Below are positions 48,636 to 57,736 of a stretch of DNA of 64,000 nucleotides, one piece after another. This DNA is from an archaeon (lineage in GTDB: Archaea; Nanobdellota; Nanobdellia; Woesearchaeales; GW2011-AR4), in assembly GCA_002688925.1 (NCBI GenBank), contig NZEC01000018.1, positions 59,131 through 123,130 on the forward strand, read 5' to 3'. The notes beneath the pieces were generated by a model. The model searched no databases and had not been told where the DNA came from. It was given only the letters and a program-made list of their open reading frames with translations. Each line of letters begins with the position of its first letter. The stretch's first letter is position 1. A program made the translations under genes and the position numbers.

Positions 48636-49487
48636 TTACGAGTTTTCCTTTTTTGTCTTTTTTAGATAATCCTTTTTGATAAATTCTACTTTTTTTGTGT
48701 CATAATCAATACGTGCTATTAAAGTGTCATTTACAGGCTTAAATGCATCCCTTCTTGAAGAATGCAGCTTTGCGGTCTTGCACGGAGGCAGAATCGCGCT
48801 TGTGTTATCACTTGTACTTTCATGCATACAAATACCAACACCTGCAAAATCTGTTTTTGCAATGAACTCTGCTGCTGATATTAAATTCATTGCAGCATCT
48901 GAACTTCCCCTATCTGAGCTTCTTTGCGCTCCAACCAATAGGATTGGTATTGGTGTTTCTTCTATTATAAAAGCTAATGCTGCTGAAGCAACAGCCAAAT
49001 TATCAGTTCCCATACCAATAATTATTCCATCAACACCCTTTTTTACTTCTTTTTCAACAGCTTTTGTAATAATTTCAAAGTGCTTAAACCTCAAATCGTC
49101 GCTCCACATATTTGCGATTAATTTAGAACTAAAATTAGCAATATCAAACATTTCCGGAAACATTTCCAACAGGTCTTCAGGATTAAACGAGGAATAAACA
49201 CCACCAGTCCTGTAATCAACTTTACTTGCTATTGTGCCTCCAGTATGCAGTATCGCTATGGTTGGCTTTTTGCTGTCTTTTTTAATCTGTGATTTTGGTG
49301 TTGATTTGGCTTCTTTGTATTTTTCTATGACTTTAATTTCTTTTATTTTTTTGTTGCCAATTCCAATATTATAGCCATTGTCCAGTTTTATTACAACAGA
49401 ATCAGTCTCTTCATTAGGCATTAAAATACCTTCTATAATCTCGTCTTTTGCTGTTACTTTGACTTTATCACCTGCTTTTGCATTCAT
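48636..49487 (-). CDS. gatD: Glutamyl-tRNA(Gln) amidotransferase subunit D, N-terminal part (GatD N-domain plus asparaginase N-domain)
   Basis: KAGDKVKV..EGILMP..VVIKLDNGYNIGI GatD-specific N-domain followed by the ILHTGGTIAS asparaginase motif. It lacks the asparaginase C-domain, which is encoded by the next ORF. Confidence 0.6.
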   Translation of the reverse strand: MNAKAGDKVKVTAKDEIIEGILMPNEETDSVVIKLDNGYNIGIGNKKIKEIKVIEKYKEAKSTPKSQIKKDSKKPTIAILHTGGTIASKVDYRTGGVYSSFNPEDLLEMFPEMFDIANFSSKLIANMWSDDLRFKHFEIITKAVEKEVKKGVDGIIIGMGTDNLAVASAALAFIIEETPIPILLVGAQRSSDRGSSDAAMNLISAAEFIAKTDFAGVGICMHESTSDNTSAILPPCKTAKLHSSRRDAFKPVNDTLIARIDYDTKKVEFIKKDYLKKTKKENS

Positions 49488-49618
49488 AGTTGGAAAAGAA
49501 AGAATGTTTTATTTAAATATTTGGATTAATTTGTATCTTCTCCATTTAAAAAATTATACATTAAAAGATAATAATGTAAATAATAAGGATATTATGAAAT
49601 AAAGACTTAGAATAATTT

Positions 49619-52132
49619 TTAACCCATATAGACTGGCTTTTCTTCCTTCATCTGGTTGGCCCGGGCAGCGCTTAAGGCATCTCTCATCTCGCTGTAAGCT
49701 TTCTCTATTTCCTTGCTTATAGAAGGCGGGACTTTTTCAATAGCTTTTTCAAAATGCCTGATTGATATTTCCTTTGATTCCATATCTTCCCTTAGGGCAA
49801 ATATCGCAGCTTCTCTGCAGACAGATTCTATGTCTGAGCCTGCATAGCCTTCTGTTTTTTTAGTAAGATCCGATAGATTTTTTTTAACATCGGCATCTAT
49901 TTCTTTTAAAAGAACAGTTAGAATTTTAAAATCATAATTTTTATTATCTTTTTTATTATCTTCTCCAATTCTAGAGTATATGATTGGTTTATATTTTTTT
50001 AACAATTCAATTTCTTCACTATTTTTCTTAAAATCACTTGATAAATCAGATAATTGTTTTTCGAATCTTTTTTTTGAAAGGTATCTAATATTTTCTTGTA
50101 ATTTGTTTGATAGGTCTTTATTCATCAAAGGCATTCCTTTTGTATGCACATTGAATACTTCCAGCCTTGTTTTTTCATCAGGGACTGGTGTTAATATTAT
50201 TCTGTCAAATCTTCCTGGCCTTAGCAAAGCAGTATCGACCATATCAGGCCTGTTGGTTGCAGCTATTATTACAACATCGTGCATCTCTTCCAGGCCATCT
50301 ATTTCTGTCAGCATTTGGTTAACTACACGCTCACTAACATGGCTGTCTGAATTTAGGCCTCTTTTTGGAGCTAAACTGTCTATTTCATCAAAAAACACAA
50401 TGCACGGGCTTACCTGCCTTGCTTTCTTGAAAACCTCCCTGACTGCTTTTTCTGATTCCCCTACCCATTTTGACAATAATTCTGGGCCTTTTACAAGAAT
50501 GAAATTTGCCTGGCTTTCATTTGCAACAGCTTTTGCAAGCATTGTCTTTCCTGTTCCTGGAGCGCCATACAACAAGATGCCTTTTGGAGGATTAACTCCT
50601 AGGCGTTTGAATGATTCAGGGTGCTTTAAAGGCCATTCAACAGCCTCTATTAATTCCTGTTTGACAGTTTCTAAACCACCAATATCCTCCCATTTTATGT
50701 TTGGAACTTCTACTAAAACTTCTCTTAAAGCAGATGGCCTTACAACCTTTAATGCTTCTCTAAAGTCTTTTTGTGATATTCTCAATTTTTCCAATACTTC
50801 TTTTGGAATAGGCTCTTCTTCTTTTAATTTCAAGTCAGGCAAAATTTTCCTCAAGACAATCATGGCTGCTTCTTTTGCCAAAGAGGATAAATCAGCTCCT
50901 ACAAAGCCATGGGTTATGGAAGAAAGCTCTTTTAAATTGACGTTTTTAGCCAATGGCATGTTTCTTGTATGGATTTTCAAGATATTAAGCCTTCCATCAA
51001 TTCTAGGAACTCCAATTTCAATTTCCCTGTCAAATCTTCCAGGCCTTCTTAAGGCTGGGTCAAGAATATTAGGCACATTAGTTGCAGCAATAACAACAAC
51101 CTTGCCCCTGCTTTTTAATCCGTCCATTAATGCTAAAAGCTGTGCAACAACACGCCTTTCAACTTCTCCTTTTGTCTCTTCTCTTTTTGATGCAATTGCA
51201 TCTATCTCATCTATGAATATGATACTTGGGGCATTTTTCTGGGCTTCTTCAAATTTTTTCCTGATATTTTCTTCACTTTGGCCGTAATATTTGCTCATGA
51301 TTTCCGGGCCATTAATAAGAATAAAATGGGAATTTGTTTCGTTGGCTACTGCTTTTGCCAATAATGTTTTTCCGGTTCCAGGAGAGCCATGCAATAGAAC
51401 GCCTTTTGGAGCCTCTATTCCTAATCTTTCAAAAATCTCTGGGTGTTTTAATGGCAACTCAACCATCTCCCTTATTTTTTTTATTTCATCGCTTAATCCA
51501 CCTATGTCTTCATAAGTGACTTCAGGAACTAACTCCTCTTTGGCTTCAACTGCTTCGGGATTGAATATAATCTCTGTCTGCTCTGTGATGATAATCGGCT
51601 GTTTTGGATTTGTGTCTATAACAATAAATTTTATATCTCCAAAGCCAAAGCCCATCATGCTTTCATCAAGTATGCTAAAAACGTCTTCAAAGAATGGGCT
51701 TTCTGACATAGTAGAACGCCTTCTTCTAGTGCCCCCTAATGAAACTATATCACCTTTTGTTAACGCTCGGCCCAATAATCCCTGCTTGAATATTTCCGGA
51801 GAAGCCCTTATGACAATGCCTTTTCTTGCAGGAGCGATTATGACTTTTTTTCCTTCTTTAACGTTAGATTTTCTTACGCTTATTATCTCTCCAATGCCTG
51901 TTTTTGAATTTTTTCTGATTATTCCGTCCATACGCACTATGTTGTGGCCAATATCTCCGGGATAAGCCCGGTCTGCAATTGCAACAGTCTTTCTTTCCCC
52001 TTCTAATTCTACAATATCACCCGGCCTTATGCCTACCTGAGTAAGAAAACTGGAATCTATTCTAACAATGCCTTTGTTTACATCATCCTGGATTGCCTCT
52101 GCAACCTTTAATTTAATCTCTTTCTCGGCCAT
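49619..52132 (-). CDS. cdc48: Cdc48/VCP-like AAA+ ATPase (two AAA domains) with a D2 insertion
   Basis: Double-psi barrel N-domain. Two Walker A sites ([16 protein letters not shown]), Walker B DEID and SRH regions. 837 aa, with a ~75-aa K/E-rich insertion after GMPL in D2. Confidence 0.85.
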   Translation of the reverse strand: MAEKEIKLKVAEAIQDDVNKGIVRIDSSFLTQVGIRPGDIVELEGERKTVAIADRAYPGDIGHNIVRMDGIIRKNSKTGIGEIISVRKSNVKEGKKVIIAPARKGIVIRASPEIFKQGLLGRALTKGDIVSLGGTRRRRSTMSESPFFEDVFSILDESMMGFGFGDIKFIVIDTNPKQPIIITEQTEIIFNPEAVEAKEELVPEVTYEDIGGLSDEIKKIREMVELPLKHPEIFERLGIEAPKGVLLHGSPGTGKTLLAKAVANETNSHFILINGPEIMSKYYGQSEENIRKKFEEAQKNAPSIIFIDEIDAIASKREETKGEVERRVVAQLLALMDGLKSRGKVVVIAATNVPNILDPALRRPGRFDREIEIGVPRIDGRLNILKIHTRNMPLAKNVNLKELSSITHGFVGADLSSLAKEAAMIVLRKILPDLKLKEEEPIPKEVLEKLRISQKDFREALKVVRPSALREVLVEVPNIKWEDIGGLETVKQELIEAVEWPLKHPESFKRLGVNPPKGILLYGAPGTGKTMLAKAVANESQANFILVKGPELLSKWVGESEKAVREVFKKARQVSPCIVFFDEIDSLAPKRGLNSDSHVSERVVNQMLTEIDGLEEMHDVVIIAATNRPDMVDTALLRPGRFDRIILTPVPDEKTRLEVFNVHTKGMPLMNKDLSNKLQENIRYLSKKRFEKQLSDLSSDFKKNSEEIELLKKYKPIIYSRIGEDNKKDNKNYDFKILTVLLKEIDADVKKNLSDLTKKTEGYAGSDIESVCREAAIFALREDMESKEISIRHFEKAIEKVPPSISKEIEKAYSEMRDALSAARANQMKEEKPVYMG

Positions 52133-52208
52133 TTTTTGTAGTTTTTGTAATGCTGTCAGTTTTATAAATGTTATGGAAAATCGTTGATTTTATTAGAGTG
52201 TTTAATTG

Positions 52209-53183
52209 TTATCTATTCATTGTCCTTATATACTGCTTGACTTTTTTTATTATGTCATTTTTTAATTTATCATCAAAATTCCTGTTTTTAATATGCTTGA
52301 TTTCATCATAATCAATATCTGGAATTTTTGTAAATGTGCCTTGCAATTCAAAGCCTGCTGTTTTGATTTCCTTTTCAATGTTTTTTGCATGCATGCTGTT
52401 GAATAATTTTATTGCAGGAAATTTTGTTATTGCATTTGCTCCTGCATCAATCATTAGATGAATATAATTAACCCTGTTTACCCAGTGACCTGCAACAATA
52501 TCAATATTGGGAAAGTTTTCTCTTGTCTTTCTTATCCATTCAATAAAGTAATTGATTTCAGGCCCTTTTGAGTTTTCAAATATTGTTCCTTCTATTGGGT
52601 TCAAAGCATAAAAAATTATCTTTTTAATATTATTTCTTATTATAAAATCTTTTAATAGTGGAAAATCATCAATTTGCTCTCCAAGCCCAACAATAAAAGT
52701 CATTGATTTTTTTAAGTTAAATTTTTCACATATTCTATACATTTCTTCTATTGAAGCAAGATGTTTGTTTGGAATTACTTTTTTTCTGACATCATCATTA
52801 ACAGTTTCTACTGCACCGCAGACTCCTTTAAGATAAGGGCTTACTTTTTCAATGGTTTTTTCATTTAAAACTCCAATATTGAGCCAGAATTTTTCACCAT
52901 ATATTTCATAAACATTTTTGCAGAGCTCTAAAATGCTTTCTGCTGTATAGCTTCCATAACCTGCTGATAAAAAGCCAATTTTCCATCCTAGCTTTTTGCA
53001 TAAATAAGCTTCTGCCAAGATAGATGCGATGCTCCTTCTTGCTTTTTCTGGTTCAGAAATTTTACTTTTTTGGGTTGACATATAGCAATAAGCGCAATCA
53101 CCTAAATTACAATACCAAGAGGTAAATATTGCCCTTTCAAAATGGATTGTTTTTGTCTTTTGCTTTATCAGAATATTTTCCAT
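52209..53183 (-). CDS. Radical-SAM-like TIM-barrel protein with non-canonical Cx4Cx2C cluster motif
   Basis: FTSWYCNLGDCAYCYMS near the N-terminus. BioB/ThiH-like barrel length of 324 aa. Confidence 0.5.
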   Translation of the reverse strand: MENILIKQKTKTIHFERAIFTSWYCNLGDCAYCYMSTQKSKISEPEKARRSIASILAEAYLCKKLGWKIGFLSAGYGSYTAESILELCKNVYEIYGEKFWLNIGVLNEKTIEKVSPYLKGVCGAVETVNDDVRKKVIPNKHLASIEEMYRICEKFNLKKSMTFIVGLGEQIDDFPLLKDFIIRNNIKKIIFYALNPIEGTIFENSKGPEINYFIEWIRKTRENFPNIDIVAGHWVNRVNYIHLMIDAGANAITKFPAIKLFNSMHAKNIEKEIKTAGFELQGTFTKIPDIDYDEIKHIKNRNFDDKLKNDIIKKVKQYIRTMNR

Positions 53184-53324
53184 AGAATAAAGAATGAGGA
53201 ATGCATTTAAAAAAGTTTAGAAAGAAAATTGTTAAATCGTAATCTTAATCCTTTAACCTCTTTTCCCATTAAAATAATCAATTACTAATCAATAGAATAA
53301 TGAATTTATTAATGTTTATTTTCT

Positions 53325-53735
53325 TTAGGATAGAATATCATCAAGGTTTGTTCTTTTAAGGTTTGCTCCTTTAAGGTCTGCTCCTTGAAGGTTTGCTTCT
53401 CTAAAGTCTGCTCCTTTAAGGTTTGCTCCCTTAAGATCTGCTCCTTGAAGGTTTGCTCCTTGAAGGTTTGCTAAAAAAAGGTTTGCTAAATAAAGGTTTG
53501 CTTCTCTAAGGTTTGCTTCTTTAAGGTCTGCTCCTTGAAGGTTTGCTTCTCTAAGGTTTGCTCCTGGAAGGTTTGCTCTATAAAGATCTGCTAAATAAAG
53601 GTTTGCTTCTCTAAGGTTTGCTTCTCTAAGGTTTGCTTCTCTAAGGTTTGCTAAAAAAAGGTTTGCTTTACTAAGGTCTGCTTCTTCAAGGTCTGCTTCT
53701 TCAAGGTCTGCTCCGGGTTTTATTTCATATTTCAT
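53325..53735 (-). CDS. Pentapeptide-repeat protein
   Basis: Tandem A(D/N)LxxANL pentapeptide units (ANLREANLREANLYLADL...). Start placed at MKYEIKPG; the longer ORF to 53831 would overlap the tRNA-Thr. Confidence 0.6.
   Translation of the reverse strand: MKYEIKPGADLEEADLEEADLSKANLFLANLREANLREANLREANLYLADLYRANLPGANLREANLQGADLKEANLREANLYLANLFLANLQGANLQGADLKGANLKGADFREANLQGADLKGANLKRTNLDDILS
53343..53714. repeat. Near-perfect 15-bp tandem DNA repeats (aaggtttgctcct/aaggtctgctcct units) encoding the pentapeptide repeats
   Basis: About 24 consecutive 15-nt units with only 1-2 substitutions each are visible directly in the sequence. Confidence 0.8.
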
Positions 53736-53810
53736 TTTAATACCACTTAGAATTGGAATAATTAATCTATTTATAAATCTTTCAATCAAAACGTGTACCT
53801 TTTGGTTATA

Positions 53811-53883
53811 AGCCCCGAAAGGGAGTTGCACCCCTGACCTGCAGCTTACGAGGCTGCTGCTCTGCTAACTGAGCTATCGGGGC
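53811..53883 (-). tRNA. tRNA-Thr (CGT)
   Basis: GCCCCGA/TCGGGGC acceptor. D-arm GCTCAGTTAGCAGAGC. Anticodon stem GCAGC/GCTGC with loop CTCGTAA. T-arm AGGGGTGCAACTCCCTT. Confidence 0.7.
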
Positions 53884-53907
53884 AATTATTATAGAAGAAA
53901 TAAAGCA

Positions 53908-54066
53908 CTACTTAATATTTTCTAAAATCTTTTCTTTTGTCGGGAATTTCTTCTGGCATTCAGAGCAGATAGTGTGCTTTTTTCCTTTGTCATCTTTTGT
54001 ATATGAGCCTAGTATTTTGCCCATGAATGTTGTTTCAATGTTTTTGCTGCAGATTTCACACTTCAT
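53908..54066 (-). CDS. Zinc-ribbon small protein (52 aa)
   Basis: MKCEICSKNIETTFMGKILGSYTKDDKGKKHTICSECQKKFPTKEKILENIK has two CxxC pairs. Confidence 0.35.
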   Translation of the reverse strand: MKCEICSKNIETTFMGKILGSYTKDDKGKKHTICSECQKKFPTKEKILENIK

Positions 54067-54131
54067 ATAAATTGTTAATGTTAATTATTATTTAAATTTA
54101 ATGAAAGATTTAAATATACCAAGCAATTTTT

Positions 54132-54884
54132 TTGTTTATGGCAAGTGTGTGGGCTTATTCATTAGTAAGTGTGATTATAGTCAGTTTGCTATCTTTTATA
54201 GGTATTTTGTTCCTTGCTATTAGCCATAAAAAGCTGAAGAAAATGCTCCTTTTCCTAGTAAGCTTTGCTGCCGGTGCATTGTTTGGGGATGTTTTTGTGC
54301 ATTTACTCCCGGAAATAATAAGTGAGGCAGGATTTGGAATTAATATTTCCATTTATGTTCTTTTAGGAATTTTAACATTTTTTGTGCTTGAAAAGCTTAT
54401 ATTTTGGCGCCACTGCCATATCCCAACATCTGAAAACCACCCGCATCCTGTTGCATTTATGAACCTTATTGGGGATGGCCTGCATAACTTAATTGATGGA
54501 ATGATTATAGCAGGAAGCTATATTGCAAGCATCCCAATTGGAATTGCTACAACAATAGCTGTTATACTGCATGAGATACCCCAAGAAATAAGCGATTTTG
54601 GTATCTTGATATATGGGGGGTTTACCAGAATGAAAGCGCTTTTATTTAATTTCTTCTCGGCATTTCTTGCTGTGATAGGTGCTATTGTAATACTGGTTAT
54701 TGACATAAGCATTGAAAACATTTCAATTTTTTTAGTGCCCTTTACTGCAGGGGGATTTGTCTATATAGCCGGGAGTGACTTGATACCTGAGCTAAAAAAG
54801 GTTTCTGGATTTAAGAACTCAATACTGCAGCTTTTGGCGTTTTTTGCGGGCATCCTTATTATGCTTCTTTTGACGTTATTATAA
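54132..54884 (+). CDS. zupT: ZIP-family metal transporter (ZupT-like)
   Basis: HEIPQEISDFGIL signature (HExPHExGDF-type). About 8 TM helices. Confidence 0.75.
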   Translation: MFMASVWAYSLVSVIIVSLLSFIGILFLAISHKKLKKMLLFLVSFAAGALFGDVFVHLLPEIISEAGFGINISIYVLLGILTFFVLEKLIFWRHCHIPTSENHPHPVAFMNLIGDGLHNLIDGMIIAGSYIASIPIGIATTIAVILHEIPQEISDFGILIYGGFTRMKALLFNFFSAFLAVIGAIVILVIDISIENISIFLVPFTAGGFVYIAGSDLIPELKKVSGFKNSILQLLAFFAGILIMLLLTLL

Positions 54885-54922
54885 TAAACAAATTTATAAA
54901 ACAATATTTCTTACTTGGTAAA

Positions 54923-56671
54923 ATGAAACGCATAGCTGTTGTTGACAATGAGAAATTAAAGGATATGCCGCAAAAATTGCATATACAGAGCTTATGCCCT
55001 GTGAACAGGTCAGGCACAGAATGCATAACTATTGAAAAAAGCGGCTTTCTTAAGATAGATGAGGCTACATGCATTGGCTGCGGGATATGCGTAAAAGCCG
55101 CTCCAAATGCAATAAAAGTTGTAAATCTTCCTGAAATTCTGGATAAAAATCCAATCCATAGATACAGTGAAAATGGATTTGCACTATTTAATCTGCCGGT
55201 TCCGATATTCGGAAAGGTTGTTGGGATTTTAGGAGTTAACGGAATTGGAAAGTCAACTGCAATAGACATCCTGGCTGGCATGCTTAAGCCGAATTTCGGG
55301 GATATTGGAAAAAAATCTGATTATAAGGAAATAATTGATTTTTTTAAGGGCACTGAAGTGCAATTGTTTTTTGAGAAGGTGAAAAAAGGAACTGTTAAAG
55401 TGGGCTATAAGCCTCAAAAAGTCGATTTAATATCAAAAACGCAAAAAGGAAAGGTCAAAGATTTGCTAAAAAAGGTTGATGAAAAAAATAGATTAGATGA
55501 AATAGCAAAAGAGCTTGAAATTGGAAATATTTTAGACAATGAAATCAGCAAGATTTCCGGGGGGGAATTGCAGAGGGTTGCGATAGCAGCAACTGTGCTT
55601 AAGAAAGCAAATTTATATATTTTTGACGAGCCTACAAGCTACCTTGACATTAAGCAGCGCATAAATGTAAGCAAGTTCATAAGAGATCTTGCAGATGATA
55701 AAACTTCTGTTATTGTTGTTGAGCACGATTTAATTATTTTTGACTACATATCGGATTTATCCCATATAATGTTTGGCTCTGAGGATGCTTACGGCTCTGT
55801 TTCCGGATTAAAGCCAACAAAAAATTCCATAAACACCTATTTGGATGGTTATCTAAAAGAGGAAAATATCAGGTTCAGGGACAAAAAGGTAAAGTTTGAG
55901 CCGAGAAAATCTTTTTCTGAAAAAAAAGAAGAAAGTCTTGTTTCATGGAAGAATATTGGGAAAAAGCTTGGAAATTTTACACTGAAAACAGAAGAAGGGA
56001 AGATACATAAAGGAGAAGTTATAGGTGTTTTAGGGGAGAATGGGATTGGAAAAACAACTTTTGTAAAAATACTTGCAAATGAAATAAAAAAGGATGAAGG
56101 GGAGTTAAATGAGAATGTCAAGGTAAGCTATAAGCCCCAGTATCTGGAATCTAATGATGAATTAGTGATAAGTGTTTTGGATGAAGCAATTAAAAAGTAT
56201 ACAAACCAAATAATAAATCCGCTTAATATCAAGCCTTTGCTTCTTAAAAAATTGAATGAGGTTTCAGGAGGAGAGCTACAGAGGGTTGCTATCGCTTTGT
56301 GTTTAAGCAAGGAAGCTGACCTGTACTTGTTGGATGAGCCATCTGCCTATCTTGATGTGGAGCAGCGCTTATTGATCTCTAAAGTTATCAGGGATTTTAT
56401 GGAGATAAAAAATGCATCTGCATTGATTGTTGAGCATGACTTATTGTTCTTAAATTACCTAGCAGATAAGATAATGGTGTTTGATGGAGTGCCTGCAGAA
56501 AATGGAATAGTTCTAGGACCTTATCCTATGGAAGATGGAATGAATATGTTTTTGAAAAGGCTGGGTATAACATTAAGGAGGGACAAAGAGAGCTTAATGC
56601 CAAGAGTAAATAAATTAGATTCAAAGCTTGACAGGGAGCAGAAAGAAAAAGGGAAGTTTTATTTTGTGTAA
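54923..56671 (+). CDS. abce1: ABCE1/RLI ribosome-recycling ATPase
   Basis: N-terminal FeS domain (CPVNRSGTECI ... CIGCGICVKAAP) and two ABC cassettes with Walker A and LSGGELQRVAIA signatures. Confidence 0.85.
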   Translation: MKRIAVVDNEKLKDMPQKLHIQSLCPVNRSGTECITIEKSGFLKIDEATCIGCGICVKAAPNAIKVVNLPEILDKNPIHRYSENGFALFNLPVPIFGKVVGILGVNGIGKSTAIDILAGMLKPNFGDIGKKSDYKEIIDFFKGTEVQLFFEKVKKGTVKVGYKPQKVDLISKTQKGKVKDLLKKVDEKNRLDEIAKELEIGNILDNEISKISGGELQRVAIAATVLKKANLYIFDEPTSYLDIKQRINVSKFIRDLADDKTSVIVVEHDLIIFDYISDLSHIMFGSEDAYGSVSGLKPTKNSINTYLDGYLKEENIRFRDKKVKFEPRKSFSEKKEESLVSWKNIGKKLGNFTLKTEEGKIHKGEVIGVLGENGIGKTTFVKILANEIKKDEGELNENVKVSYKPQYLESNDELVISVLDEAIKKYTNQIINPLNIKPLLLKKLNEVSGGELQRVAIALCLSKEADLYLLDEPSAYLDVEQRLLISKVIRDFMEIKNASALIVEHDLLFLNYLADKIMVFDGVPAENGIVLGPYPMEDGMNMFLKRLGITLRRDKESLMPRVNKLDSKLDREQKEKGKFYFV

Positions 56672-56676
56672 ATACA

Positions 56677-56886
56677 ATGAAAGAACATCATAAGAGAAGC
56701 ATTATAAAAGCAATAAGCTGGAGAATTTTGGCTACATTGACTACAATGGCCTTAGTATTTATTTTTACGGGTAAAATGCTGCTTTCTCTTACTATTGGAT
56801 TTTTTGAAGTAATATCAAAAATAATTTTTTATTATATCCATGAGCGCTTGTGGAATAAGATTAAGTGGGGAAAGTCTCATAAATAA
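56677..56886 (+). CDS. Small membrane protein (69 aa)
   Basis: Two hydrophobic helices. Start 6 nt after the abce1 stop. Confidence 0.3.
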   Translation: MKEHHKRSIIKAISWRILATLTTMALVFIFTGKMLLSLTIGFFEVISKIIFYYIHERLWNKIKWGKSHK

Positions 56887-56917
56887 GTTAAGAATGTTTA
56901 GTTGATTGAAATATAAA

Positions 56918-57481
56918 CTATGCTTTGCCCCTGCTTTCCCCATATGTTATTCCAGACGCAATTAAATGAGAAATTCTTACAGCTTCGGGTATAAGGCTCC
57001 TTGTGCATGCTATTTTCAGTATTTCTTTGGCTTTCCCGATGCTTAATCCGGTTAATTGAATGTAGATATTTCCTATCGGGGTTATTGGGCCTGCTTTCTC
57101 CAGAAGCTTTATTTTACTTTTTTTATTCAGTTTTTCAAGGATTTTTTTGATGTTGTTTATGTCCGGCCTTTTTCTGATTATCACTATTACAGGAAGCTTT
57201 GTTTTTTTATTCAGTTCCTTTACATCAATGATATTAAATCCTCCAACAGCTATGCCATCGAGAAAAATGCACTGCAGTTGAAGCTTGAATTTGCTCTTAT
57301 TTATCATATCTGCAATTTTTTCAGTGGCGTTGTTTCCATCTATACTTACTTTTGTTGATAAAACTCCTTCAAGTAGGGTTCCTCCGCGAAAAACTGTTCC
57401 GATGACCCTTACTTTTCCTTTTTTGAATTTATTGAAAGGGGCATCATCAATTCCGATGACCCTTATTTCTTTTTTTGGCAT
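56918..57481 (-). CDS. DUF99/UPF0215-family archaeal protein
   Basis: N-terminal IRVIGIDDAPF block typical of UPF0215 proteins. Confidence 0.5.
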   Translation of the reverse strand: MPKKEIRVIGIDDAPFNKFKKGKVRVIGTVFRGGTLLEGVLSTKVSIDGNNATEKIADMINKSKFKLQLQCIFLDGIAVGGFNIIDVKELNKKTKLPVIVIIRKRPDINNIKKILEKLNKKSKIKLLEKAGPITPIGNIYIQLTGLSIGKAKEILKIACTRSLIPEAVRISHLIASGITYGESRGKA

Positions 57482-57736
57482 TTGTCAAAAACACCCATTA
57501 TAGGGTATTCAATTGTATTGATAAGCATATATAAGATTTAAAGTTATTCATTAAACCTGAATCTATAATTCTTAAAGTTTATTAACCCTAAATTATGACA
57601 TTGTTTGTGTTAATCTTAAGTATAAGCAAAAAAATTTAAATGTTGTTTTTAGCAATGCATATAAATGAGCTATAATTATTCACTTTTTGTGTCTGAAATA
57701 CAATTGGATGCATTTTTGTATTATTGATTTTTAAAT

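Noticed and set aside
49980-51287. 435-aa plus-strand ORF inside the cdc48 locus
   Set aside because: Antisense shadow ORF of a strongly supported AAA ATPase gene. Low-complexity S/L/F-rich translation with no motifs.
53343-53714. Possible CRISPR array suggested by the tandem 15-bp repeats
   Set aside because: Units are contiguous without spacers, only 15 bp long, in-frame and coding for pentapeptide repeats. Not a CRISPR.
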